A stretch of 31,026 nt of DNA from a virus (lineage: Duplodnaviria; Caudoviricetes): the IMG/VR virus record IMGVR_UViG_3300046786_000125, positions 1-31,026 of that record. One strand, written 5' to 3'. Made by a program: the position numbers and the translations under genes. Shown here one piece after another: positions 18,441 through 27,422 of the stretch; positions within the stretch are counted from its first letter, which is position 1; each line of letters opens with the position of its first letter. The notes beneath the pieces are model-generated. The model did not search any database, was not told the DNA's origin, and saw only the letters and a program-made list of their open reading frames with translations.

Positions 18441-18685
18441 GTGTTCTTCTCCTTTAGCTTTGCTTCTATGACACGAACAAAACTTCCTGTGTTATGTGAA
18501 GCTCTAATTAATTCTGATATTTCATCGTCCGTCAGACCTACCCATTCTTTCTTTAAGTAAAGTGGCACATCACCTTCTTCTGGTACAAGACCAAGATTTG
18601 TTTTCCAATCAGTGCCGCCATTTTGTTTTGTGGCTAACAAGTATTTTATTTCTTGTTTATTTATCCATACTATAGGTTCGCTCAT
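18437..18685 (-). CDS. Hypothetical protein, EWVGLTDDEI...IEAKLKEKN family
   Basis: Paralog of 18092..18334. Confidence 0.7.
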   Translation of the reverse strand: MSEPIVWINKQEIKYLLATKQNGGTDWKTNLGLVPEEGDVPLYLKKEWVGLTDDEISELIRASHNTGSFVRVIEAKLKEKNT

Positions 18686-19092
18686 CGCTCTATCCCCATT
18701 ACATACAATAATTCTCTCGTGTAATTCTCTACTACGTTACCTTCCATAGTCGTAGCTTTAGACCATAGGTTTTCTATTGTTTCGTCAGTCACTCTGGTCT
18801 TAGCACGTTTTAAAACGTAAACAACCGTCTGCATTGCGTGGAGATACTCTTCATTGATAGTTTTTATATCGCCCGCCAAGATTGAACTTGTATATACCTG
18901 TAGCTTGATTAGCATATCAACAGTTACGTCGTCGGGTCTATAATGATTACTCTCAACGATAGGCATTGAAAACATCCTGTGCGTTGTGGGGTTGGGTATG
19001 TTTGCGTCGTAATACGTATTTATCCCAATTGTCCCGCCACCGCCTGTGCCTGATGCGGTGAATACGTTTTGATATGGGTTGACTATAGACAT
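18682..19092 (-). CDS. Hypothetical protein
   Basis: 136 aa, SD GGGGAG, coupled junctions at both ends. Confidence 0.65.
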   Translation of the reverse strand: MSIVNPYQNVFTASGTGGGGTIGINTYYDANIPNPTTHRMFSMPIVESNHYRPDDVTVDMLIKLQVYTSSILAGDIKTINEEYLHAMQTVVYVLKRAKTRVTDETIENLWSKATTMEGNVVENYTRELLYVMGIER

Positions 19093-19256
19093 TATGCGTT
19101 CTCCCCTAAAGTTTTGTCGTACAAGTCTTGTAAGTCATGTATCGCATCTTGTAGTACATCTGCTCTAGTAATCCAATCGCTCTCTTTAAATTCTGGTGAT
19201 AGATTAATTTTTGTTTCATCCTTGTATGGATTCCAATTAACTGTGAACGCTCTCAT
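19092..19256 (-). CDS. 54-aa hypothetical protein MRAFTVNWNP...LGENA (not in ORF track)
   Basis: Translated by hand. GGAGG SD, ATGA and TAATG overlaps with both neighbours. Confidence 0.65.
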   Translation of the reverse strand: MRAFTVNWNPYKDETKINLSPEFKESDWITRADVLQDAIHDLQDLYDKTLGENA

Positions 19257-19561
19257 TTTTCCTCCCTAATTCCATGCCATTTTTCTACTTCCTTACCAAA
19301 CTCTCGCCCTGTTTGGCATCTTTTAAATAATTGCAACATCACATCATTTGGCATTGGTGTAACTTTTCTTTCTTCCATCATACGGAAGCGGGTTACTATC
19401 TGATCTTGTCCATGCGAGAGTCCGATAGAATATGCTCTTCTCCAACACCGTTGCCATATCTCATACATAAACTCGTCATCTACTGGAAAATCCTCGCCTT
19501 CAGGTAATTTTGAATACGCATCAGAATACCAATCTTGAAAAGTCTCTTCGCATCTATTCAT
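19253..19561 (-). CDS. Hypothetical protein
   Basis: ORF 19253..19591. Likely start ATG 19561 (MNRCEETF) after GAGGA. Confidence 0.6.
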   Translation of the reverse strand: MNRCEETFQDWYSDAYSKLPEGEDFPVDDEFMYEIWQRCWRRAYSIGLSHGQDQIVTRFRMMEERKVTPMPNDVMLQLFKRCQTGREFGKEVEKWHGIREEK

Positions 19562-19832
19562 AGTCATCCTCAATAAAGTAACTAGGTACACGATCTTCGT
19601 TCTTACGTCTGTTCTCGACCTTACGCATTTTCAACACAGCCACGTCTGGTTTTTTGTATAGCCCACGCTCGTCAGGTAAGGGAACTGGCTTCTTTTCCGG
19701 CGGCGGGATTTCTTTTTCCAATGTATAAATTAACTTGTTACACACGCTACACTTACGCCGACGCTTAACGCCTTCCTTTGTTATTTCAGTCTGCATAACA
19801 GGGGTCTTACTTCTACAGCAATACATAATCAA
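19554..19832 (-). CDS. Zn-ribbon protein (NrdR-N-like)
   Basis: CC..KT.V..T....VKRRRKCSVC pattern. Confidence 0.6.
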   Translation of the reverse strand: MIMYCCRSKTPVMQTEITKEGVKRRRKCSVCNKLIYTLEKEIPPPEKKPVPLPDERGLYKKPDVAVLKMRKVENRRKNEDRVPSYFIEDDYE

Positions 19833-19846
19833 GCACCTAGCATAGA

Positions 19847-19882
19847 GAAAAAAATAGCGATTCAGGATAGCCTGAACCGCTA
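19847..19882 (-). terminator. Rho-independent terminator containing the TTCAG-N6-CTGAA motif
   Basis: Minus strand TAGCGGTTCAGG-CTAT-CCTGAATCGCTA then a T run, just after the 19892 stop. Confidence 0.7.
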
Positions 19883-19891
19883 AATAAAAGT

Positions 19892-20353
19892 TTAGATGTG
19901 TGAGGAAAGAATCTCACGCTCGATGTACCACTTGGCTTTCTTCAAGTCCTCAACTCGATTTCCCTTGAGGTCTGCTCGTGTAATATACTTCACAGCGTTG
20001 CCGAGATTGTAGTTAAGTTTCTTTGCTTCAATGAAGTCAATCGTCTCGACACCACCTGCCGTATAGTGTGGCGGGGAATTAACCATATCAACTTCTGGAT
20101 TTCTATCGACCGTACCTTGCAAACGTATTTTTTGGTGTAATTGTTTTTTAATTACATTGAACATCGGCAAAGTCAACTGCACCGGCTTTGTTTTCTTCAC
20201 AGCTTTCTTACGCATACTCTTACGTGCGTAATACACTATGTCGATATTAGTACCTAACGACTCCGCTACTAACTTCGGTGACATATTAGGATTTTTCTTC
20301 ATGAAAGTACGCACCTTGTGTGCGACTGAATCTTTACGTTCGTATTTAGCCAT
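19892..20353 (-). CDS. DUF3310 (SaV-like) domain protein with basic N-terminal extension
   Basis: DMVNSPPHYT.GGVETIDFI...GNAVKYITRA..KG..EDLKKAKWYI. Confidence 0.85.
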   Translation of the reverse strand: MAKYERKDSVAHKVRTFMKKNPNMSPKLVAESLGTNIDIVYYARKSMRKKAVKKTKPVQLTLPMFNVIKKQLHQKIRLQGTVDRNPEVDMVNSPPHYTAGGVETIDFIEAKKLNYNLGNAVKYITRADLKGNRVEDLKKAKWYIEREILSSHI

Positions 20354-20543
20354 TATTAGCCTCTCTGTTTAGTTTAAAAAGATAATCGTTGCGATACTCA
20401 GTAGGCGGTGTCCATCCATACTTACGCCAAACCTTCTGAACATCTGACCCCGCCGTCCATTTAAAATTGTCATAGGGGTTGATACTACGGTAGTGCTCTA
20501 CATCAGGAACTGCCCGACCTTTCGATATTTTGTATTTCGTCAT
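20346..20543 (-). CDS. Hypothetical protein
   Basis: 65 aa, SD GGAG, DV..VWRKYGW.PP motif. Confidence 0.65.
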   Translation of the reverse strand: MTKYKISKGRAVPDVEHYRSINPYDNFKWTAGSDVQKVWRKYGWTPPTEYRNDYLFKLNREANNG

Positions 20544-20820
20544 GTATTAACTCCATAAGGTTCTCGACATTTGTTTCGTCTATTATGAGCGCAACACCGC
20601 CGCTCTCTCTTATCAACTGCAACTCTCTTAGCTGAAGAGCGGTTGGCTTACCGCCGTTCGCCTTATACTCAATCCCGATGAAGTAACCTCTATAACAACA
20701 TACGTCATCGGGTACACCTGCACGACCATATCCACCAGAGAACGGGGGAAAGTGATACGCCCCCATCTGGTCTAATATAATCCTGCCCTTCTTCTTTACT
20801 TTACTCTCCGGTGTCGCCAT
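20503..20820 (-). CDS. VRR-NUC domain nuclease (Holliday junction resolvase-like)
   Basis: TPESKVK, GVPD, GIEYKA, PTALQ, GGVALII. Confidence 0.85.
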   Translation of the reverse strand: MATPESKVKKKGRIILDQMGAYHFPPFSGGYGRAGVPDDVCCYRGYFIGIEYKANGGKPTALQLRELQLIRESGGVALIIDETNVENLMELIHDEIQNIERSGSS

Positions 20821-21001
20821 TTCTTGCTTTCATCATTGCGTCTGCTATTTTGTAGGACACTATTGCTATAGCCAAAGGACCGTCTTCGTGGTCTTGGTCT
20901 TCTGGGTCTGTCGACAAAATACCTTGCATAGCCTTAGCCGCAAAGTAATCACGTAAGTCCATACCACCTGAATTTATTGTTCCTTGTGGAAATACTTTCA
21001 T
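20801..21001 (-). CDS. Conserved phage protein (GMDLRDYFAAKAMQG family)
   Basis: Characteristic LRDYFAAKAMQ...Y.IADAMMKAR motif. Confidence 0.75.
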   Translation of the reverse strand: MKVFPQGTINSGGMDLRDYFAAKAMQGILSTDPEDQDHEDGPLAIAIVSYKIADAMMKARNGDTGE

Positions 21002-21354
21002 ACACTTTCTCCTCGTAGTTCGTCTAATTCTTTCTCTGTTAATACAACACAGTACATCTCATCGGTAGCCCGCCAACCAATCATACTAAATTCATCTTTC
21101 ATATACATGGTAGCGGGCATGATATACACATCTATGTTAGTAGGGTCGTGTTTATATAATCTTTCACCATAGGGTGAACTGTTAATCATTGATAGCTTGT
21201 GCTTTAGTACATCTGGCAAAGTATCTTGATCAAAGTGTCGCCTATGATTGTCTCCCACGAATATAGTATGTTTACCATTGACTATATGTACTGGCACTCG
21301 ATAGTGTTTATCGCTATTCGGATGTCGTATAGGTGACAAGTTCATATCAATCAT
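20998..21354 (-). CDS. Hypothetical protein
   Basis: 118 aa, coupled junctions. Confidence 0.65.
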   Translation of the reverse strand: MIDMNLSPIRHPNSDKHYRVPVHIVNGKHTIFVGDNHRRHFDQDTLPDVLKHKLSMINSSPYGERLYKHDPTNIDVYIMPATMYMKDEFSMIGWRATDEMYCVVLTEKELDELRGESV

Positions 21355-22321
21355 GAATGAATAACCAATTAGATTTTAAGATACCTGAATGTGTCCAACG
21401 ACCATGCTCATCGAACCCCACAGTACGCAACTCAGGAATGTAAGTGTCACCGATGTTAGTAAACAACCCACTCTCCCCATGATGTGATGTCTGCGATGTT
21501 TGCTTCTCTTGCATATAAACCTTGAGCATCGTTAGAGTAGGTATTAGATCAACGCACTCATCAACATCTTTAATACGCTTGAATGGTTCAGCGATAGTAC
21601 ATCTTGATGATACTAAACTGCTTTCAACGTCGTTCGCCCATAGAGGCTCTAACACTAACTTACCCGCCATGAAGCCCATCTCATCACGCATCAATACACT
21701 CATAGGTTTAGTAAATATCTCAGCCATTTCGGTTCTACGTTTGTCTCTCATAATATCAACCTGAGCGTATTTGTCAAACGTATCTTTAACTTTAGCGATT
21801 GATTCTTTTGATAGCTCATCAATGCTTCGATTGTTTAAAACTATCTTGAGTAGGGTATGTATCTCTTCGCCATTAAAGTACCCACTACTCTTACGAATGT
21901 CGCCATACGGTTCGGATATACGCATGATTGCACCTCGTATGTTCATACCGAATGTTCTATTAATAAACTCTTCGCTGTTATTAGGTAACAACCCCTCCTT
22001 CTCTATGACCTTCATCAAGTGAGAGATTCTCTTAGCATAGTATGTGTACTTATCTTCCCAATGACGACCACGATCTTTAGCAACCATAGTCGCACGAATG
22101 TTATACGCATCGGTATGTTTGTCTTTCCATATAGTCGCAATAGGAAAGCCTTGCTCATCAGCAAGCATCAACTTTGTATAATTGGTTGTGCGGCTAATAA
22201 CTCTTAGCCCATACTTATGATTAAGCTCTCGTAGAAGAGGGAACGCTTCGTTGTCTCGTATTGATTCCTCAGTTATCAATTCGTCTGCACTAGGATGTGC
22301 GTATGTTTGTTGTATAGACAT
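21347..22321 (-). CDS. Hypothetical protein
   Basis: 324-aa ORF. GAAAGG SD lies inside the repeated motif. Confidence 0.75.
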   Translation of the reverse strand: MSIQQTYAHPSADELITEESIRDNEAFPLLRELNHKYGLRVISRTTNYTKLMLADEQGFPIATIWKDKHTDAYNIRATMVAKDRGRHWEDKYTYYAKRISHLMKVIEKEGLLPNNSEEFINRTFGMNIRGAIMRISEPYGDIRKSSGYFNGEEIHTLLKIVLNNRSIDELSKESIAKVKDTFDKYAQVDIMRDKRRTEMAEIFTKPMSVLMRDEMGFMAGKLVLEPLWANDVESSLVSSRCTIAEPFKRIKDVDECVDLIPTLTMLKVYMQEKQTSQTSHHGESGLFTNIGDTYIPELRTVGFDEHGRWTHSGILKSNWLFIHD

Positions 22322-22332
22322 TTAATTAGCCT

Positions 22333-22357
22333 TTCAGGTTATGGTGAATTGTTAATT
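22333..22357 (-). promoter_or_regulatory. Repeated motif copy overlapping RBS
   Basis: + strand TTCAG-GTTATG-GTGAA-TTGTTAATT. Confidence 0.7.
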
Positions 22358-23609
22358 ACATCTTGTCGATCTTAACCAACTTGCCTTTCGGCGGTTTGAA
22401 GCTACGATTTTGCGTAACGAGCCACAGAGTCTCGACGCCAGTTCCCCATGCTACGTCTGATTCAACGTAGCCATCAGTAAAGACAACGATACAGTCTGGG
22501 CTATACTTCTTCTGCTCGATGTACTTCGACACACAACTTACGTGCGTACCACCGCCGCCCAATGGTTTAAGAATATCTTTGACGTTAGGCGAGTCACCGT
22601 CGAACACCTGCTCACCATGCACGTCTGTATCCCACCATAGAACACGCACAGTCTCGGGCTTACAACTATCGCATATAGTCTGTAACTGCATAGCGAATGT
22701 GCTGATGATCTCTTGACTGATAGAGCCTGATGTATCAATAGCTACGATGATCTCTGTCATTGTCTCTGACTCTACGCTTGGTGCAAGAATGTCATTAGCC
22801 AATAGACCTCGATTGAATCTACGCCATGTCAACTCGTCACGACCACGCACCGATGCTGTCACGAACTCACGTAACTCTTCCTTCCAGTCGAGCGGCTTCT
22901 CTATAGATACACTTATCTCACGAGGAACATTAGCTCCGAGCCGCCCCGCTAAGATTCCACCCTCACGCAACGCACGATTGACACCCTCTTCCAACTTCTT
23001 CATCTCTTCGGCAGTCTTAGGCGCACCTGCTATGTCATGATGATCTTGATTGCGAACGGTGACTTGCTTGTCGTTGATGTTTATCACTTCACCATTACCT
23101 GAATTGTTATTCTCATCACCATCGCTAGACTCAGACCCCGATCCTCCGCCGCCTTGTGGTTTCTGTCGCTGAGGATTCTGTTTCTTCAACTCGTTATAGA
23201 CCTCACGAACTGACCATCCATCGAACGCATGATCTAAGATTCCACCTTCCGGCATCTCGCAAAGATTCTTGTCCTCAAGGTTGTCGATAATATTGTTGAC
23301 AATAATATCCATCGCTACGTTTGCCAATGTAGCGTCCTCTCTGATCAAGTCTTTGTGACGTGGTATGTGCATCAACGCAACGTGAAGGTTCTCGTGCATA
23401 ACTAAGAATCTAGCTTGCTTGTCATTCTGTTTAGCAAAGAACTCACGACCGTATTTCTTATTAGTGCCGTCGGTGTACGCTGTTGGTACACCGTCAGCTA
23501 TTGCACTCTCACCCATCATCATGATGCTGCCATACAGCGCAGTCTCTTTGTGTCGCATGAGAGCGATGTGTTGCTTCTTCAAACGCTCTTCGTCTGTTAG
23601 GTATGCCAT
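22356..23609 (-). CDS. DUF2201-like metallopeptidase plus vWA domain protein
   Basis: TAYTDG, HENLH (HExxH), N.AMD..VN, then MIDAS AIDTSGS, GGGGT, FTDG. Likely start MAYLT after GGAG (ORF open to 23627). Confidence 0.85.
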   Translation of the reverse strand: MAYLTDEERLKKQHIALMRHKETALYGSIMMMGESAIADGVPTAYTDGTNKKYGREFFAKQNDKQARFLVMHENLHVALMHIPRHKDLIREDATLANVAMDIIVNNIIDNLEDKNLCEMPEGGILDHAFDGWSVREVYNELKKQNPQRQKPQGGGGSGSESSDGDENNNSGNGEVININDKQVTVRNQDHHDIAGAPKTAEEMKKLEEGVNRALREGGILAGRLGANVPREISVSIEKPLDWKEELREFVTASVRGRDELTWRRFNRGLLANDILAPSVESETMTEIIVAIDTSGSISQEIISTFAMQLQTICDSCKPETVRVLWWDTDVHGEQVFDGDSPNVKDILKPLGGGGTHVSCVSKYIEQKKYSPDCIVVFTDGYVESDVAWGTGVETLWLVTQNRSFKPPKGKLVKIDKM

Positions 23610-23623
23610 GTTAGATTCTCCAA

Positions 23624-24724
23624 TCAAACAAACTTGTAATTGTCTTTAGTCCATGCCTTGACTGTGTCGTTGTTACACGCCAACTTCACAGTCTTTTTGT
23701 TACCCATCAACATGGTAAAGAATATAGATTGCAACTCGCTGTTCTTCATGCGGTTACTGAACTTCATGAACTGAGACAACTCGTCCTCTGTTGTTATCTC
23801 ATCTATCGCATTGAACATGATCATGCACAGTGCTGCTACATCTTCTGGCATACGTACATTCTCTGGGTCGGCTATGATTGTCTTAATCGGTATCAACTGA
23901 CTTTGCATATCAATAAATACAGACAACGCTTTCTGAGTAGCAAGACCTACGATACCTGCGATTGCAACGTCTGCCGCCTTGTGTCCGATCATGTCACGAT
24001 TAACTACTACACGATTCAACTTAAAGATAGAACGTGGTGATGCGAATGACACAGCTTGGCTTGGTCGTGTCGGATTAAAGATCATTGGATTATCATCTTG
24101 CCCACCATCTTTGTACGATGCCATGACACGAGGATTCAACGCAACGAACGCACGAATAGTATTTGATACACCATTCTCACCCGCCCAGATATTCCACTTG
24201 GATGCGTTCGGTTTCTCCATCGGTATCAGTGCCACACGATTGCCAACGTGCGCTTGAACAGAGTCCCCTACACCATCGCTTCCGTTGTTACTTGTTCCAA
24301 AGACCATCGAACCCAACGGCAACTCACGATCACCAACTACACGCTCAAGCATCAAACGAGTGTAGATAACACCCATCAACTTAGGAACTTTAAACAACTC
24401 GTCAAGCATGATGACCTTCGGCTTGTCGCTATCCATCTTGAACAACGCACCAACATACTGATCAAGTGCCTTGCTATCGTGGTTAGGAATGACCGCCGCT
24501 ATGTCCATATAATCTTTTGACGGACAGTCCACATATATGTAGTCGTAACCGTCGCCCATCTTCTGTTTGAGTAATTTAAGAATCGAGGTCTTACCTACAC
24601 CCGGCTCGCTAAGAAAGATTGGTGTGACGTGAGAGTCATCTCCCTCAAGGGTTGCTGAGATAACAGGGATAAGATTCGCTGCTTCTTCGATTGTTACGGT
24701 CTCGCTAAAGTTTACTTTTGACAT
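23624..24724 (-). CDS. AAA+ ATPase (MoxR/dynein-related-like), partner of the vWA protein
   Basis: SEPGVGKTS (Walker A), IMLDE (Walker B), GTSN, NR finger, SPRS. Confidence 0.85.
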   Translation of the reverse strand: MSKVNFSETVTIEEAANLIPVISATLEGDDSHVTPIFLSEPGVGKTSILKLLKQKMGDGYDYIYVDCPSKDYMDIAAVIPNHDSKALDQYVGALFKMDSDKPKVIMLDELFKVPKLMGVIYTRLMLERVVGDRELPLGSMVFGTSNNGSDGVGDSVQAHVGNRVALIPMEKPNASKWNIWAGENGVSNTIRAFVALNPRVMASYKDGGQDDNPMIFNPTRPSQAVSFASPRSIFKLNRVVVNRDMIGHKAADVAIAGIVGLATQKALSVFIDMQSQLIPIKTIIADPENVRMPEDVAALCMIMFNAIDEITTEDELSQFMKFSNRMKNSELQSIFFTMLMGNKKTVKLACNNDTVKAWTKDNYKFV

Positions 24725-24735
24725 TTGAATTACCT

Positions 24736-24760
24736 TTCAGGTTGTGGTGAATCATTAATT
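24736..24760 (-). promoter_or_regulatory. Repeated motif copy overlapping RBS
   Basis: + strand TTCAG-GTTGTG-GTGAA-TCATTAATT. Confidence 0.7.
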
Positions 24761-25655
24761 AACGTGGTGCAAACATGGATAGAATATCTTCTACCCCACT
24801 CTTAACATCGGAACGCGCTGCGTCTGATTCACGTAGCATGTCCGCATTAACTCCGCGCAACGCTAAGTCCAACTGCGATACAGCCGCGTCTAACTTCGCA
24901 TCGTTTGTGAGATTAAACTCTTTAAACACACGACAGTATTCCTTAGCCTTCTCAACTGTCCCCTCGTATATCTTGCGCTTCTTCTGCTTGGTCTCGCCGT
25001 CCTTGCCGAGATACTCATCTACATCACAGCAATGGGCTAGGCTTTCCATGACCTCCACTAGTCTTTCTATTTGGTCGTTTAATATGGTTTGTACAATGCT
25101 CTCGGCTTGCTTGTTGTAATGGTTGTTTAGATCAGCCGCTAAGTCCTGCGCTATCTGACAACGATAATCGCCTTGTGGTATTTCGCTTGTATATAGTGTG
25201 ATGCCGAACTTGCTGCGAACTTCTGCCACATCGGGATAGTCGTTGCGGTTAAACATCTGACCCTGAGCGAACGCCATGTTCGATACCGTTGTCGCATAGT
25301 TATTGCAGAATGTATCCAACAACTTATTGAACTCGACCTCATGATCATGAAACTCTTGCATGAACTTCGGCAAGCTAACGTGGGGTAGATAATCCTGCGA
25401 CTTGTTCCATGAATACGTCATGCGCTGCATCCAGTTATAAACTGTCTGACGATAGTTCAATAGATTCTTGTGGTCGATGTTGTTCGCCAATAGATTCTTA
25501 ACGAATCGACCTGCGCTCTGATCAGCTTTCTTTGCGGTAGTAACCTCATTGCTGATGGCTCGGTCTTGCTTGGTTGCTGACCATACGTTGACCTCGACTG
25601 ATACTAATAGACCTGCCGTTGCTAACGACGTGATGTGCTTAGGTTTTTCTAACAT
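24759..25655 (-). CDS. Conserved hypothetical protein (DUF3150-like)
   Basis: 298 aa. W...K.D, FNRNDYP...VRSKF, FNLTND. Position upstream of the AAA/vWA pair. Confidence 0.6.
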   Translation of the reverse strand: MLEKPKHITSLATAGLLVSVEVNVWSATKQDRAISNEVTTAKKADQSAGRFVKNLLANNIDHKNLLNYRQTVYNWMQRMTYSWNKSQDYLPHVSLPKFMQEFHDHEVEFNKLLDTFCNNYATTVSNMAFAQGQMFNRNDYPDVAEVRSKFGITLYTSEIPQGDYRCQIAQDLAADLNNHYNKQAESIVQTILNDQIERLVEVMESLAHCCDVDEYLGKDGETKQKKRKIYEGTVEKAKEYCRVFKEFNLTNDAKLDAAVSQLDLALRGVNADMLRESDAARSDVKSGVEDILSMFAPR

Positions 25656-25668
25656 GATTAAATATCCT

Positions 25669-25693
25669 TTCAGATGATGGTGAATCGTTAAAT
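25669..25693 (-). promoter_or_regulatory. Repeated motif copy overlapping RBS
   Basis: + strand TTCAG-ATGATG-GTGAA-TCGTTAAAT. Confidence 0.7.
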
Positions 25694-25730
25694 ACGCTGG
25701 GACATCATGTTGCTCTGTCCACTAACTATA

Positions 25731-25759
25731 ATTATACTATAACTTGACATATTGATCAA
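25731..25759 (-). promoter_or_regulatory. Sigma70-type promoter
   Basis: Minus strand TTGATC-17 nt-TATAAT. Confidence 0.75.
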
Positions 25760-25776
25760 GGGGTTTACTCAACTTT

Positions 25777-25875
25777 TTAACATCCGGCTCGCATAAAGAT
25801 TCCCATAGCGACGATGAATCCAAGCACGAACGCACACGCTAAGTACACGACAAAATCAGGGTCTTGATTATCCAT
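25777..25875 (-). CDS. 32-aa single-TM protein (not in ORF track)
   Basis: MDNQDPDFVVYLACAFVLGFIVAMGIFMRAGC, GGAG SD. Confidence 0.55.
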   Translation of the reverse strand: MDNQDPDFVVYLACAFVLGFIVAMGIFMRAGC

Positions 25876-25994
25876 TTCGTTATTTCTCCGTAAATTATTA
25901 AATGAGCGATGACTGCGCCTGATACCATTAAAAACACAGCCACCACTACGCCTAAGAATAGATGCCAGTTACTTAGCTCTTGCTTTGTCAGCAT
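25839..25994 (-). CDS. 51-aa TM protein (not in ORF track)
   Basis: MLTKQELSNWHLFLGVVVAVFLMVSGAVIAHLIIYG..., GGGAG SD. Confidence 0.55.
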   Translation of the reverse strand: MLTKQELSNWHLFLGVVVAVFLMVSGAVIAHLIIYGEITKWIIKTLILSCT

Positions 25995-26202
25995 CACGCA
26001 CTCCCAACATCACTTCACCATCGGCTGAATCGACAACTTGAAAACCCTCATCGGTCTTGAACGCTTCCCACTTACGATGTGCGATGTTGTCAATACAGAC
26101 AGTCAGCTTGAACACCATTCGTCTGTGTTTATTCTTAGCCTTGTGCAACACTATTACCCAACAACCTAAGACTATGGTTGCTATCTCGTAAAAGTTTTCC
26201 AT
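25969..26202 (-). CDS. Hypothetical protein with N-terminal hydrophobic anchor
   Basis: Likely start ATG 26202 (MENFYEIATIVLGCWVIVL) after AAGGAG. Confidence 0.6.
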   Translation of the reverse strand: MENFYEIATIVLGCWVIVLHKAKNKHRRMVFKLTVCIDNIAHRKWEAFKTDEGFQVVDSADGEVMLGVRDADKARAK

Positions 26203-26203
26203 G

Positions 26204-26641
26204 TCATGTCTCCTTGTGTAAGTCTCTGTCCATGTCACTTTCCCATATCGTTTGCGTTTTATGTGCGCTCGACCGGTCAAAGTATTCCTTCTCTTCGCTA
26301 CAAACTATTGCAAATGGCGGGTTGCCAATCGCTTCCTTGATTTGCTCGTGCGTTAGACTGTTGAGTATCGCTAGTTTTTCTTCTACGTCATCGTCAGTAC
26401 ACCACCCGATCACGTCCCCATCGGGGCACGCTTCCTTTGGATAGAACAACTCGAACTCATAGTCCGACGCTCCGACAAAGTAAACAGGTGCTACTTCCCA
26501 CATACCATCCTCGCCGCCATAGGTATGAGTACCTTTGATGACACTCGCACCAACTGCGTTCTTGAATCGGTATATCTTTTGCACACCCTCGATGCGCTCG
26601 AACGGTCTCACCTCTACAGGTTCAAATATATTTAACGCCAT
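26204..26641 (-). CDS. Conserved phage hypothetical protein
   Basis: 145 aa. F.N..GASVI....YGG..G.WEVA...DVIGW pattern. Confidence 0.7.
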   Translation of the reverse strand: MALNIFEPVEVRPFERIEGVQKIYRFKNAVGASVIKGTHTYGGEDGMWEVAPVYFVGASDYEFELFYPKEACPDGDVIGWCTDDDVEEKLAILNSLTHEQIKEAIGNPPFAIVCSEEKEYFDRSSAHKTQTIWESDMDRDLHKET

Positions 26642-26772
26642 CCCAATCTCCCTTTCGTCTTATTAATATGTGCGAACAAATACTCACGCTCCCACGTTGT
26701 ACCCTTTTGCTTACGCAAGATACGCTTAACGTCACGTATTACTTTCTTATACGACTGTTTGTTATTTACCAT
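26632..26772 (-). CDS. 46-aa basic protein (not in ORF track)
   Basis: MVNNKQSYKKVIRDVKRILRK..., AAGGAG SD, fills the gap. Confidence 0.55.
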   Translation of the reverse strand: MVNNKQSYKKVIRDVKRILRKQKGTTWEREYLFAHINKTKGRLGWR

Positions 26773-26783
26773 GACTCCTTTAG

Positions 26784-27002
26784 TTACCACTTCACCCTCC
26801 GCTGAATCGCTAATTTGTCGAGGCTGCCCCGCACCTTGTCCTTCTCTTCGTCATCCACCCGATGTATATGAAACTCATCAAGCATACGGTTGAACAACTC
26901 ATGTCCACCATCCCATATCTCCCGCTTGTCTGGGTATCTGTTAGGTGTTGGTTTCTTAGGCGACGCTGTACGTGGTTTAAGTTTCATTGGTTTCATTTTC
27001 AT
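26784..27002 (-). CDS. Hypothetical protein
   Basis: 72 aa, GGAGG SD. Confidence 0.6.
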   Translation of the reverse strand: MKMKPMKLKPRTASPKKPTPNRYPDKREIWDGGHELFNRMLDEFHIHRVDDEEKDKVRGSLDKLAIQRRVKW

Positions 27003-27222
27003 CCTCCATTAAGTGTTGCTCTGCTTCTTGCAGTAATCTGTCGGAAGCATATTTAATCCCCGCTATAAAACCATCTACAAAAGTTTCGTGTACATCGTCA
27101 AGGTGATATAGCGTGTCCTCGTTCTTATGTAGATCGCCGTCCATGTCATACATAAACTCAGGCTCGTACTCATCCCATGCTTTCTTCATTGCCTTACCTC
27201 TTGGCGTGGTTGGCTCTATCAT
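26977..27222 (-). CDS. Acidic hypothetical protein
   Basis: 81 aa, GGAGG SD, ATGA coupling. Confidence 0.65.
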   Translation of the reverse strand: MIEPTTPRGKAMKKAWDEYEPEFMYDMDGDLHKNEDTLYHLDDVHETFVDGFIAGIKYASDRLLQEAEQHLMEDENETNET

Positions 27223-27422
27223 TTAACTAACCCTCCCTTGTTGTTGATGCCCTTCAAGTCAGACACATCGGTTAATAAAACATAATTGCTCTTGTGCATT
27301 GGCACTACTGTGCGGACTACTTTCTTCGCTGCCTTCTCCCCGCATGGCATACAAGTCTTGTATCCGATAGCCCACCGCTCGGCTGGGACTTCGTTGTCGT
27401 AACAAATTAAACAAGGTCTCAT
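27219..27422 (-). CDS. C4 zinc-finger protein (DksA/TraR-like finger)
   Basis: CLIC...VP.ERW..GYKTCMPC. Confidence 0.65.
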   Translation of the reverse strand: MRPCLICYDNEVPAERWAIGYKTCMPCGEKAAKKVVRTVVPMHKSNYVLLTDVSDLKGINNKGGLVK

